From: an uncultured Actinomycetes bacterium
Lineage (GTDB): Bacteria; Chloroflexota; Dormibacteria; Aeolococcales; Aeolococcaceae
Direction of reading: 5' to 3'
Length of the DNA: 64,000 nucleotides
NCBI GenBank assembly: GCA_964499205.1
Contig: CAZCJX010000002.1
Location: 9,102-73,101, forward strand
Both the position numbers and the translations under genes were made by a program. Below, piece by piece: positions 35,633 to 45,530 of this stretch; position 1 is the stretch's first letter, and every line of letters starts with the position of its first letter. The notes under the pieces were generated by a model, which saw only the letters and a program-made list of their open reading frames with translations, did no database searches and was not told the origin of the DNA.

Positions 35633-36856
35633 TCACAGCTCGTCGAGCTGGTACGCGCGGTGGAGCGCCTGCACCGCGGGACGCACGTCGTCGCGCTTGA
35701 TGATGCAGGTGATGCGGATCTCGCTGGTGCTGATCAGCTCGATGTTGATGCCCGCGTCGGCAAGGGTGCGGAACATCGTCGCCGCGATGCCCGGCGTGTT
35801 GAGCATCCCCGTGCCCACCACCGACACCTTGGCGATGTCCGCGGTGGCCTCGTACCCGTCCGCGCCGACCGACGCGGCGATCGACGACACCAGTGGCTCG
35901 GCCTGGCGCAGATCGGATTCGGCGAGGGTGAAGGAGAGGTCGGTGGTGCCGTCGTGGCCGATGTTCTGCAGGATGACGTCGACGTTGATGTGATGCTCGG
36001 CGAGCGGCCCGAAGATGCCGGCCGCGATGCCCGGCCGGTCGGGGACGCGCAGCAGCGTCACCTTGGCGACGTCCGTCTCGTGGGCGATGCCCCGGACCTT
36101 CTGGCGATCTTCCAACTTCGGATGCCTGCAGATGACCGTTCCGGGCGAGTCGTCGAAGGACGCCTTCACCCAGATCGGCATGTCGTACGCCTCGCCGATC
36201 TCGACGGCGCGCGGGTGCATCACCTTGGCGCCGACGGCGGCGAATTCTAGCATCTCCTCGTAGGAGATCTCGGGGATGGGAACCGCCTCGGACACCAGGC
36301 GGGGATCGGCGGTGAACACGCCGCGCACGTCGGTGTAGATCTCGCACTGCGACGCGCCCAGCGCCGCCGCCAGGGCCACCGCGGTGGTGTCGGAGCCGCC
36401 GCGGCCGAGGGTGGTGATGTCGAGCTGCTCGGTGACGCCCTGGAATCCCGCGATCACCGCGACCCGGCCGCCGGCGAGGGCGTCGACGATGCGCTCGGGG
36501 ACGATGTCGACGATGCGCGCCTTGCGGTACGCGCCGCTGGTGCGGATGCCCGCCTGCAACCCGGTCAGCGAGATCGCCGGCGTGCCGATGGCGCACAGCG
36601 CCATGGCCAGCAGCGGCGCGGTGATCGTCTCGCCGGTCGACAGCAGCATGTCCATCTCGCGCGACGGCGGCGAGTCGGTGATCTGGTGGGCCAGCTCGAT
36701 CAGCTCGTCGGTGGTGTGCCCCATGGCGCTGACCACCACGCAGACGCCGTCGACGCCGTCGAGCGACAGGGTGCGCTGCACCCGCTGCGCCACGTTGCGG
36801 ATCTTCTCCGGCGTGGCCACGCTGGTGCCGCCGTACTTCTGGACGACATAGGCCAT
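35633..36856 (-). CDS. lysC: aspartate kinase (with tandem C-terminal ACT domains)
   Basis: In-frame ATG 36856 of tracked ORF 35633..37858. Starts MAYVVQKYGGTSV and contains GRGGSDTTA. The ATG overlaps the thrB stop by 1 nt. Confidence 0.9.
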   Translation of the reverse strand: MAYVVQKYGGTSVATPEKIRNVAQRVQRTLSLDGVDGVCVVVSAMGHTTDELIELAHQITDSPPSREMDMLLSTGETITAPLLAMALCAIGTPAISLTGLQAGIRTSGAYRKARIVDIVPERIVDALAGGRVAVIAGFQGVTEQLDITTLGRGGSDTTAVALAAALGASQCEIYTDVRGVFTADPRLVSEAVPIPEISYEEMLEFAAVGAKVMHPRAVEIGEAYDMPIWVKASFDDSPGTVICRHPKLEDRQKVRGIAHETDVAKVTLLRVPDRPGIAAGIFGPLAEHHINVDVILQNIGHDGTTDLSFTLAESDLRQAEPLVSSIAASVGADGYEATADIAKVSVVGTGMLNTPGIAATMFRTLADAGINIELISTSEIRITCIIKRDDVRPAVQALHRAYQLDEL

Positions 36857-37743
36857 TACGCGCTCACCTCGACGCGAGCACCCCAGTTGCGCACGCGGGA
36901 GACGATGCACCTTCCCGGGACTCCGCAGGAGGACATGGCGTCGGCGACCGGCTGGGGATCGGCGTCGGTCAGCGCCACCACGGAGGGTCCCGCGCCGCTC
37001 AGCGCTGCACCCCTGGCGCCGGCGTCGCGCGCCGCCTCGATCAGCGCCGGAAGCGCCGGGAACAGCGCGGTGCGCGCGGGTTGGTGCCAGCGATCCTCCA
37101 TGGCGGTGCCCAGCAGCGACCAGTCGCGGGTGGCCGCGGCGCGGACCCACAGGCCCACGCGGGCGGCGTTGAACACGGCGTCCGGCATGGTCACCGCTCC
37201 GGGCACGACGCTCCGCGCCAGCCGGGTCTCCAGCTCCATGTCGGGAACGAAGAGGACCGCACGCAGCTCGTCGGAAAGCTCCAGGTTCACCGTCGGCGCA
37301 CCCGGGGTGACGATCACCAGCCCGCCGAAGAGCGCGGCGGCGGCGTTGTCGGGGTGGCCTTCGATGCCGCTCACCCAGTCGAGGATGCGCTGCTCGTCCC
37401 ACGGCGCGGCGTGCAGGGCCGTCGCGCACAGCACGCCGGCGAGCGCCGCCGCCGCCGACGATCCCAAGCCGCGCCGGAAGGGAATCCGGTTGACACACTC
37501 GATGTGCAGCCCGTCGGGCAGCACGCCCAGCTCCGCGCAGGTCGCGGTGTAGGCTCGAGCCACCAGGTTGCGCGCAGGATCGCGCAGCTCCTCGGGCGCG
37601 TCCGGGCCCGGGTCGATGACGATGCCCGCCTCGCCGGTCTGCCGCGCCACCACCTCGTTCTGCAGCTCCAGGGCAAGCGCCAGCACGTCGAAGCCGGGGC
37701 CCAGGTTGGCCACCGTCGCCGGGACGGCGATGCGGACCTGCAT
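36856..37743 (-). CDS. thrB: homoserine kinase
   Basis: PATVANLGPGFD and the GHMP-kinase motif GLGSSAAA. Confidence 0.9.
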   Translation of the reverse strand: MQVRIAVPATVANLGPGFDVLALALELQNEVVARQTGEAGIVIDPGPDAPEELRDPARNLVARAYTATCAELGVLPDGLHIECVNRIPFRRGLGSSAAAALAGVLCATALHAAPWDEQRILDWVSGIEGHPDNAAAALFGGLVIVTPGAPTVNLELSDELRAVLFVPDMELETRLARSVVPGAVTMPDAVFNAARVGLWVRAAATRDWSLLGTAMEDRWHQPARTALFPALPALIEAARDAGARGAALSGAGPSVVALTDADPQPVADAMSSCGVPGRCIVSRVRNWGARVEVSA

Positions 37744-38838
37744 CTACAGCTTGAGCAGCCGGGCGATGTTGTCGACGTCCTCGTCGACCGACACCGGGGC
37801 GGCCAGCTCCTTGCGCGCCGCGTCGGGATCCTTGAGCCCGTTGCCCGTCAGCACGCACACCGCCGACGACCCCGGCGCCACCGCGCCGCTGCGCACCGCC
37901 TTGACCAGCACCGCGAGCGATGCGGCCGAGGCCGGCTCGGCGAACACACCCTCCGACGAGGCCAGCAGGCGCTGCGCCGCCAGGATCTCGCCATCGGTGA
38001 CCGAATCGATCAGCCCCTCGGACTCGTCGCGCGCCGCCTCCGCCTGCTGCCAGGAGGCCGGGTTGCCGATGCGGATCGCCGAGGCCACGGTGCGCGGCTT
38101 CTCCACCGGGTGGCCCAGCACGATCGGTGCCGCCCCCTCGGCCTGCCCGCCGATCATGCGCGGCAGCCGGGAGGACAGCCCGTCGCGGTGGTACTCGCGG
38201 AAGCCCTTCCAGTAGGCGGTGATGTTGCCCGCGTTGCCCACCGGGATGGCCAGCACGTCGGGCGCGTCGCCGAGCTCGTCGACGACCTCGAACGCCGCCG
38301 TCTTCTGCCCCTCGATGCGGTGTGGGTTGACGCTGTTGACCAGGGTCACCGGGTAGCGCTCGCAGAGGTCGCGCACCGCCTGCAGGGCGCGGTCGAAGTT
38401 GCCATTGATGGCCAGAACCTTGGCCCCGTAGACCTGCGCCTGCACCAGCTTGCCGTGGGCGATCTTGCCGCTCGGCACCACCACGATGGCCCGCAGGCCG
38501 AAGCGCGCGGCGTATGCCGCCGCCGACGCCGAGGTGTTGCCCGTCGAGGCGCAGACGATCGCCTCCGACCCCGCCTCGATGGCCTTGGCCACCGCCATGA
38601 CCATGCCGCGGTCCTTGAAGGACCCGGTCGGGTTGAGCCCCTCGAACTTGAAGTGCAGCGAGCCCAGGCCCAGCTGCCGGCCGATGGTGCGCGACTCGAT
38701 GCAGGGCGTGCCGCCCTCGTTGAGGGTGATGCGCGGCGTGCGCTCGGTCACCGGCAGGCGATCCGCGTAGCGCAGGATCACCCCTGGGTGGGGCGGCGGT
38801 GTGTGAGTGGGAGCGGTGGGCACGGTCTCGATGGTCAT
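37744..38838 (-). CDS. thrC: threonine synthase
   Basis: PLP-lysine region [14 protein letters not shown] and the ASTGNTSAS block. Confidence 0.9.
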   Translation of the reverse strand: MTIETVPTAPTHTPPPHPGVILRYADRLPVTERTPRITLNEGGTPCIESRTIGRQLGLGSLHFKFEGLNPTGSFKDRGMVMAVAKAIEAGSEAIVCASTGNTSASAAAYAARFGLRAIVVVPSGKIAHGKLVQAQVYGAKVLAINGNFDRALQAVRDLCERYPVTLVNSVNPHRIEGQKTAAFEVVDELGDAPDVLAIPVGNAGNITAYWKGFREYHRDGLSSRLPRMIGGQAEGAAPIVLGHPVEKPRTVASAIRIGNPASWQQAEAARDESEGLIDSVTDGEILAAQRLLASSEGVFAEPASAASLAVLVKAVRSGAVAPGSSAVCVLTGNGLKDPDAARKELAAPVSVDEDVDNIARLLKL

Positions 38839-40133
38839 GCGTCGACGGGAAGGGCGCGCAGGAAGGCGGCGACCGCGTAGACGGTGGGCAGGGCGTCGAG
38901 CCGCTGCCGCGCCTGCTGCAGCGCCTCCTCGCGCGCGGGGTGGGTGAGGATCACCAGCTCGGCGGCGGCGTGCTCGACGATCAGCGACTTCTGCACGATC
39001 GAGGAGATGCTGACGTCGAGCGAGCCGAGGATGCTGGTGACGTCGGCGAGCACGCCGGGCTTGTCGGCGACGTGCAGCCGGATGTACGCCGCCGTGCGCA
39101 CCTCCGACATCGGCAGCAGCGCGCGCTGCCGCGAGAAGTCGACGGCGATGCGGTTGTCGACGCCCTTGCGCAGCGAGAGCACCAGGTCGAGGATGTCGCC
39201 CACCACCGCGCTCGCCGTCGGGCGCCCGCCCGCGCCCTGCCCGTAGAGCAGCACGCGGCCCACCAGGTCGCCGTCGATGACCACCGCGTTGTACGCGTCG
39301 TGCACCGCGGCCAGCAGGTGCGACTGGGGGATGCAGGTGGGGTACACGTGCGCCTCGACGTGTCCGTTGCTCGCCTGCGCGAAGGCGAGCAGCTTGATGG
39401 CGTAGCCCAATTCCGCCGCGTAGCGGAAGTCGACGGGGTCGAGCGCGCGGATGCCCTCGCGATGCACGCAGGCGGGATCGATGCGGGTGCGAAAGGCGAT
39501 CGAGGACATGATGGTCAGCTTGAAGGCGGCGTCGTAGGCCTCGACGTCGTAGGTGGGATCGGCCTCCGCGTAGCCGAGGCGCTGCGCCTCGGCGAGGGCG
39601 TCGTCGAAGCTCTGGCCGTCGATGGCCATGCGGTCGATGATGAAGTTGGTGGTGCCGTTGATCACCGCCTCGATGCGCGAGATCTCGTTGGCCAGCAGGT
39701 CGATCTTGAAGGTGCTGATCAGCGGGATGCCGCCGCCGACGGCGGCCTCGAAGTACACGTCGACGCCCTTCTCCCGGGCCAGCTCGAGCAGCGCCGGGCC
39801 GTGGTGCGCCATCACCTCCTTGTTGGCGGTGACCACCGCCTTGCGGGCACTGATGGCGCGCTCGATGTAGCTGCGCGCCGGCTCCATGCCCCCCATCACC
39901 TCGACCACGACACTGATCGAGGGATCGTCGAGGATGTCGCCGGCGTCGGTGGTGAGCACCTCGGGGCGCGGCGTGTAGGCACGCTCCTTCGCCGGGTCAC
40001 GCACCAGGACCCGGGCCAGCTCGACGGCCACGCCGGTCCGCTCGGTGATCAGCGCGCTGGCCGAGTCGAGCCGCTCGGCCACCTGCGCGCCCACGGTGCC
40101 CAGGCCGAGCAGGCCGATGCGGATCGCGGTCAT
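38835..40133 (-). CDS. hom: homoserine dehydrogenase (with C-terminal ACT domain)
   Basis: [13 protein letters not shown] fold, the NGTTNFI block, and a C-terminal ACT-like [12 protein letters not shown]. Confidence 0.9.
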   Translation of the reverse strand: MTAIRIGLLGLGTVGAQVAERLDSASALITERTGVAVELARVLVRDPAKERAYTPRPEVLTTDAGDILDDPSISVVVEVMGGMEPARSYIERAISARKAVVTANKEVMAHHGPALLELAREKGVDVYFEAAVGGGIPLISTFKIDLLANEISRIEAVINGTTNFIIDRMAIDGQSFDDALAEAQRLGYAEADPTYDVEAYDAAFKLTIMSSIAFRTRIDPACVHREGIRALDPVDFRYAAELGYAIKLLAFAQASNGHVEAHVYPTCIPQSHLLAAVHDAYNAVVIDGDLVGRVLLYGQGAGGRPTASAVVGDILDLVLSLRKGVDNRIAVDFSRQRALLPMSEVRTAAYIRLHVADKPGVLADVTSILGSLDVSISSIVQKSLIVEHAAAELVILTHPAREEALQQARQRLDALPTVYAVAAFLRALPVDA

Positions 40134-40419
40134 GGTCCGCCGGATTGTAGAGGGGCGCCTTCCGACGATGCCTCGCCGCTGACCCGTCGCAGAGCGACAA
40201 CGAAGCCCGCCGCCGGGCCCGGTGGCTCCGTAGCATTGCGCCGCCCTGATCGCCGACGCCCCTCCCCACCGTCCCGCCGGTTCACCCCGGGGGCGTCGCC
40301 TGCCCGGACCCGCCTGGCCCCGCCGGCGCTCGACCTGGCTGCCGCCGTTCGCCCTGCTGCTGCTCTACACCGGGCTCGCCTTCCTCCTCTTCGCCCCCGC
40401 CTGGGCTCACCCAAGCGGC

Positions 40420-42057
40420 GTGCTGGTCGGCAACCAGGTCGACAGCGGGCCGCACGCCTGGTTCCTCGCCTGGGGCCCGTACGCGCTCGGCCACGGCCAC
40501 AACCCGCTGTTCACCGACTACCTCGGGGCGCCCCACGGGGCCAACCTCGCCTGGAACACGCCGGTGCTGGTGCCGGGCCTCGCCTCCTGGCCGGTCAGCG
40601 CCCTGGCCGGGCCGGTGGCCGCCTTCGACCTGGTGCTGACGCTGGGCCCCGCGCTCACCGCCTTCGTCGCCCACCTCGCCTTCCAGCGCTACACGCAGAG
40701 CCGGGCGGCCGCCGCGCTCGGCGGCCTGCTGGTGGGCTTCTCGCCCTACCTGCTGGCCCACGCCGCCGCCGGGCACAGCAACCAGGTCACCGCCCTGACC
40801 GCGCCCCTGCTGCTGCTCCTCGTCGACTCCCTGGTGATCCGCCAGCGTCGCTCGCCCTGGGTGCTGGGGCTGGCGCTCGGCGTCCTGGCCGCGGCGCAGA
40901 TGTACATCGCCGAGGAGATGCTCGCCGGCGAGGCGCTCGCCGCCGCGGTCGGCCTGCTGGTGCTGGCCGCCGTCGCCGGGACGCCGCTGCGCCGCCTCAT
41001 GGCCCGGCGCGTGGCGACCAGCGTCGTGCAGGCGTTGCTGGCGGCGCTGCCCGTCTTCGCCCTGGCCACCGCGCCGCTGCTGCTCACTCAGTTCTTCGGC
41101 CCCATGCGGATCACCGGCGGCGTCCAGCCGCGCGGCCGCTACGTCACCGACCTGGCCAACCTCGTCGTCCCCACCCACCTCCAGGCACTCGCGCCCGGCG
41201 CCGCCACCTCGATCAGCGACCGCTTCACCGGCAACCTCGGTGAGTGGGGCGGCTACCTCGGGCTGCCGCTGCTGCTGGTCCTCGCCGCGGTGGCCGCCTG
41301 GCAGTGGCGCCGCCTCGCCGTGCGCTGGGCGGCCCTCACTGCCCTGGCCATGGGGGTGCTCTCGCTCGGCCCGAGCCTCCACGTCGCCGGCCACGACACC
41401 CACATCCCCCTGCCCTGGCGCCTGCTCGGCCACCTCCCCCTGCTCGACAGCGCCCTGCCGGCGCGACTCTTCCTCTTCGCCGTCATCCCCTGCGGGCTGC
41501 TCCTCGCCCTCGGCGCCGATGCCCTGCTCATCCAGCCCCGCCGCCGTTCCCTGGGCGGGGCCGGCCTGGTCGCCCTGGCCGCCATCGCGGCCACCCTGGC
41601 ACCCGCGCTGCCCTTCCCCACCCGCCCCACGGCCACGCCCGCCTTCTTCACCGGCGCCGCCGTGCGCGCCCTCCCCGCCGGCTCCACCGCCTACGTCCTG
41701 CCCTCGATCACCCCCGACGTGATGCTCTGGCAGCTGCAGTCCGGCATGCGGTTCCGCATGCTCGGCGGCTGGTACTTCTCACCCGACGCCCAGGGCCACG
41801 TCCACGACGGCCCCGCCCCCACCCCGCTGTTCACCGCCGTCGACCACGTCGAGCACAGCGGCACCGTCCCCGCCCTCAGCGACGCCGAGCGGGCGACCTA
41901 CCGCACCGAGCTGCGCGGCGACGGCGTCACCTCCATCGTCGTCACTCCCAACGAGCCCCACGCCGCCGCGGTCACCCAGTTCTTCACCGAACTGACCGGA
42001 ACTCCGCCGCACGACGCCGGCGCCGGCACCCTCTACTGGGCCGCGTTGCAGCTCTAG
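40420..42057 (+). CDS. large polytopic membrane protein, possible GT-C-fold glycosyltransferase-like; true start probably upstream (about 40300)
   Basis: 545 aa from GTG 40420 with many TM helices plus a C-terminal soluble domain. The same frame is open from 40234 and encodes a basic stretch plus a TM helix (RRRSTWLPPFALLLLYTGLAFLLFAPAW) with no canonical start. Confidence 0.65.
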   Translation: MLVGNQVDSGPHAWFLAWGPYALGHGHNPLFTDYLGAPHGANLAWNTPVLVPGLASWPVSALAGPVAAFDLVLTLGPALTAFVAHLAFQRYTQSRAAAALGGLLVGFSPYLLAHAAAGHSNQVTALTAPLLLLLVDSLVIRQRRSPWVLGLALGVLAAAQMYIAEEMLAGEALAAAVGLLVLAAVAGTPLRRLMARRVATSVVQALLAALPVFALATAPLLLTQFFGPMRITGGVQPRGRYVTDLANLVVPTHLQALAPGAATSISDRFTGNLGEWGGYLGLPLLLVLAAVAAWQWRRLAVRWAALTALAMGVLSLGPSLHVAGHDTHIPLPWRLLGHLPLLDSALPARLFLFAVIPCGLLLALGADALLIQPRRRSLGGAGLVALAAIAATLAPALPFPTRPTATPAFFTGAAVRALPAGSTAYVLPSITPDVMLWQLQSGMRFRMLGGWYFSPDAQGHVHDGPAPTPLFTAVDHVEHSGTVPALSDAERATYRTELRGDGVTSIVVTPNEPHAAAVTQFFTELTGTPPHDAGAGTLYWAALQL

Positions 42058-42656
42058 CTGATCAGGTGCCGCTTCCACGCCGTCAGCACCGCGGCGGCCC
42101 GGTCGTTGCAGCCGAGCTTGGCCAGAATGTTGCTGACGTGGGTCTTCACCGTGTTCTCGCTGACGAAGAGCTTCTCGGCGATCTGCGCGTTGCTGTGCTG
42201 CGCCGCCATCAGCTCCAGCACCTCCAGCTCGCGGCTGGTCAATCCCTCGCGGGCCTTGGCCTGGTCGGCGATCTGCGGGTCGAGCAGCGACTCGCCCCGG
42301 TGCACGGCGCGGATCGCTGCCGCCAATTCCTCGCGTGAGGCGTCCTTCAACAGGTAGCCGCGCGCCCCGGCGCGCAGCGAGGGAAAGATGTAGTCCTCGT
42401 CGCGATAGGTGGTCAGCACGATCACCCGCGCCGCGGGGTCCTCCTCGCGGATGCGCCGCATCGCCTCGATGCCGTCGACGTTGGGCATCTGCACGTCCAT
42501 GAGGATGATGTCCGGCTTGGTCTCGCGCGCCTGGGCCACCGCCTCGGCGCCGTCGGCAGCGCGGCCGACGATGACGAAGTCGTCCTCGATCTCCAGCATG
42601 GTGCAGAGCCCGTGGCGCACCACGGGATGGTCGTCGGCGACCAGCACGCGGATCAT
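42054..42656 (-). CDS. NarL/LuxR-family response regulator
   Basis: In-frame ATG 42656 (MIRVLVADDHP..). Receiver residues DD..D..K, and a C-terminal LuxR HTH LTSRELEVLELMA..SNAQIAEKLFVSENTVKTHV. Confidence 0.9.
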   Translation of the reverse strand: MIRVLVADDHPVVRHGLCTMLEIEDDFVIVGRAADGAEAVAQARETKPDIILMDVQMPNVDGIEAMRRIREEDPAARVIVLTTYRDEDYIFPSLRAGARGYLLKDASREELAAAIRAVHRGESLLDPQIADQAKAREGLTSRELEVLELMAAQHSNAQIAEKLFVSENTVKTHVSNILAKLGCNDRAAAVLTAWKRHLIS

Positions 42657-45286
42657 CAGGCCGGCACCGAGACCGACACCGGCACCGCGGCCTCGCCGAG
42701 CGGCAGCCGCACCGCCACCCGGGTGCCCTCGCCGGCCGCGCTGGTGACCTCCAGCACGCCGCCCGCCTGCCGGGCGCGCTCGCCCATGCCGACCAGCCCG
42801 AAGCTGCCCGGCTGCGGCGCCGCCTTGCTGTCGAAGCCGTCGCCGTCGTCGGACACGCAGATCTCCAGGGCGCCGTCGCGCCGCGCCAGGCTGACCTCGC
42901 AGCGCCGCGCGTGGCTGTGCCGGGCGACGTTGGCCAGCGCCTCCTGGACGATGCGGAACAGGGCCACCTCGGCGGCCGGCTCCAGCGGCAGCGGGTGGGG
43001 CAGGCCATCGACGCGGATCCGCGCGGGGATGCCGCTGTACTGCCGCCAGCGCCGCACCTCGCGTTCCAGCGCCGCCACCAGCCCGGTCGCCTCCAGGGTC
43101 GCCGGGCGCAGGTTCCACACCGAGCGGCGTGCCTCCTGCAGCGCCGAGCGGGCCAGGTCGCGCGCCGCCACCACCACCGCCCCGGCGCGCCCCGGGCTGC
43201 GCTCGACGAAGGCCTCGGCGGCCTCCAGCTGCAGCACGATGGCGGTGAGCTGCTGGGCGAGGGTGTCGTGGATCTCGCGGGCCAGACGGGTGCGCTCCTC
43301 GAGCACGGCCAGCTCGCGGCCCTCGGCGGCGAGCTCGACGGTGCGCAGGGCCAGGCCGACCTGGTCGGACACCGCGCCGAGCAGGGTGCGGGTGCGCTCG
43401 GCGAGGTGGGTGCCGGGCTGGCAGGCCACCGCCAGGGCGCCGAGGTCACCCTCGCTGGTCTGGAAGGGCAGGCCGACCAGCAGGGGGTCGGTCCGCTCGC
43501 CGTGCTGGATGGCCACGCCGTGCTCGCGCAGCGCGGTGCGGGCCACCTCGCAGAGCGCCTCGTCGTCGAGCTGCTCGTCGGGCACCTCGGGCGCCCAGCG
43601 GCGCTGCTCCTCCAGCGTTCCGCCCTCGCCGCAGAGGTAGGCGCGTGCCGCCACCGCGGGAAGGACCGCCTGCGCCGTCTCGATGGCGCCGGCGAGCACC
43701 GAGTCGCTGTCGAGCGCCCGGGTCAGCGAGCCGGCCAGGGCGTTGAGCGCCACCAGCTCCTCGTTGCGGGTGCGCAGCTCGTGGGTGCGCTCGGCGACGC
43801 GCCCCTCCAGCTCGCGGGCGGCGGCGAGGATGGCGTCGCGCGAGGCGTTGATCTCGCGGCGCATCCGCTCCAGGGAGTCGGCGAGCATGCCCACCTCGTC
43901 GGTGCCCTGGGGCGGCACGGGAACGTCGGTGCGGCCGCGGGCGAGCCGCTCGGCGGAGACCTGGAGCGCCCGCACCGGCCCGACCAGCCGCCGCGCCACC
44001 AGGGTGGCCAGCAGGAAGGCGAGCAGGCAGAGCACCAGGGCGATGGGGATGACGTCGAGGAGGATGCGGTGGATGCCGTTCTGGATGCCCTTGGTCAGGC
44101 CGGTGACGTCGGGCTCCAGGTCGGTCACCGGCACCGAGGTGGCCAGCACCCAGTGGGCGGTGTAGATGGGCGCGGGGAAGAGCTCGCGGTCGACGCCGCC
44201 GAGCATGGTGCGCAGCTTCTCGGCGTGGCCGGTCTGCTCCACCGCGAGCAGCCCGTCGCCGAAGTCGGTGCCGGTCTTGAGCGGCAGCGAGACGCCGGTG
44301 GTCCGGGCGGGGAGCTTGAAGTCGGACACCGCCTGGTCGCCGGCGGAGAGCACCTTGTTGTTGCTGCTCAGCAGCAGGGGGTAGGCGCCGGGCTCGCCGG
44401 AGATCACCGGCTGGATCAAGGTGGCGGTGATCTGGCTGACCGCGATGTCGGCGCCGACCAGGGTGCGGCCGTCGGTGCCCACGGGCATCCACACGGTGAC
44501 GCCCTCGTCGCCGGCACGCGTCTGGTAGGGGTCGGTCCAGAAGGGGCCGTCGCTCTGCGGCTCCGGCTTGGCCGGGTCGGACCAGGCCTGGGGGAGGTCG
44601 GCGGCGGCGGCGAAGCGGGCCTGCGAGGTGGAGAAGACGGTGTCGCCGTCGGGGCCGAGCGGCTGGTCGGGGTCGATGCGGTGGCCGAGGATGGCGCCGG
44701 GGACGTCGATGGCGGGCACGGTGCGGATCACCAGGTCGTCCTTGTTGACGATCCAGACCGCCTCGATCTCCGGGTAGTTCTTGTGCATGCCCTCCATGAA
44801 GGGCACCAGCGGGGCGCTCGGCGCGGCGATGGCGGCGGTGTGCGCCTGGCGGTCGAGGTGGCCGCCGAGGACCAGGTGGCTGGTCTGCCCGACGATCACC
44901 GAGGTGTCGGGCTCGGCGGTCGACGAGTAGTAGGCGCCATGCTCGTTGCGGAAGCTGAGCTGGCCGCCGTCGGCGGGCGGCCTGCCCAGCGCCGAGGCGG
45001 TCTGGTCGCGGAGCTGGCGGACCTCGCCGGCGATGCTCGCCAGCCGCACGTCGATGACCTGGGCGCGGTCGCTGACCTGGTTCTCCTGGCGCTGCTCCTG
45101 GTCCTGGAGGATGGTCTGGTGGGTGTCCTCGACGGTGCTGTGGCCCACCGCGCCGAGGTCGGCGGCGACGATCGCGGTGAAGGCGACCAGGGGCACCAGC
45201 GCCACCACCAGCATGCCGACCAGCATGCGGTCGCGGAAGCGCTGCCGCCCGGGCAGCCGGCGGAACGCCAGCAGTCGTCGGATCAT
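42656..45286 (-). CDS. sensor histidine kinase: TM - dCache-like periplasmic domain - TM - HAMP - GAF - HisKA_3 - HATPase_c
   Basis: 876 aa with two TM helices flanking a ~330-aa extracytoplasmic domain. H-box REIHDTLAQQL (HisKA_3) and a C-terminal ATPase with GSFGLVGMGER. Confidence 0.85.
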   Translation of the reverse strand: MIRRLLAFRRLPGRQRFRDRMLVGMLVVALVPLVAFTAIVAADLGAVGHSTVEDTHQTILQDQEQRQENQVSDRAQVIDVRLASIAGEVRQLRDQTASALGRPPADGGQLSFRNEHGAYYSSTAEPDTSVIVGQTSHLVLGGHLDRQAHTAAIAAPSAPLVPFMEGMHKNYPEIEAVWIVNKDDLVIRTVPAIDVPGAILGHRIDPDQPLGPDGDTVFSTSQARFAAAADLPQAWSDPAKPEPQSDGPFWTDPYQTRAGDEGVTVWMPVGTDGRTLVGADIAVSQITATLIQPVISGEPGAYPLLLSSNNKVLSAGDQAVSDFKLPARTTGVSLPLKTGTDFGDGLLAVEQTGHAEKLRTMLGGVDRELFPAPIYTAHWVLATSVPVTDLEPDVTGLTKGIQNGIHRILLDVIPIALVLCLLAFLLATLVARRLVGPVRALQVSAERLARGRTDVPVPPQGTDEVGMLADSLERMRREINASRDAILAAARELEGRVAERTHELRTRNEELVALNALAGSLTRALDSDSVLAGAIETAQAVLPAVAARAYLCGEGGTLEEQRRWAPEVPDEQLDDEALCEVARTALREHGVAIQHGERTDPLLVGLPFQTSEGDLGALAVACQPGTHLAERTRTLLGAVSDQVGLALRTVELAAEGRELAVLEERTRLAREIHDTLAQQLTAIVLQLEAAEAFVERSPGRAGAVVVAARDLARSALQEARRSVWNLRPATLEATGLVAALEREVRRWRQYSGIPARIRVDGLPHPLPLEPAAEVALFRIVQEALANVARHSHARRCEVSLARRDGALEICVSDDGDGFDSKAAPQPGSFGLVGMGERARQAGGVLEVTSAAGEGTRVAVRLPLGEAAVPVSVSVPA

Positions 45287-45530
45287 GATGGGGTCTGCCG
45301 CTGGCAGCTTCGAAGCGGTCGCGGCGGGCCCAGTATATGAGTGACCGTCACGGCGATAGGTGAAAAATCACCCTGACGGGGGATGCGGCGCCCTTTCCCG
45401 TTTCTCAGACTTCCGTGCGCCGGACGACTGCCCGGATTCCCTGGGCAGCGCACGCCGGCATGAGACCGAGGGGACCGGTCGGCGACACCAGCGGAGGTCC
45501 GACCGGGGCTCCGGGAGTCAGGAGGTGTGC

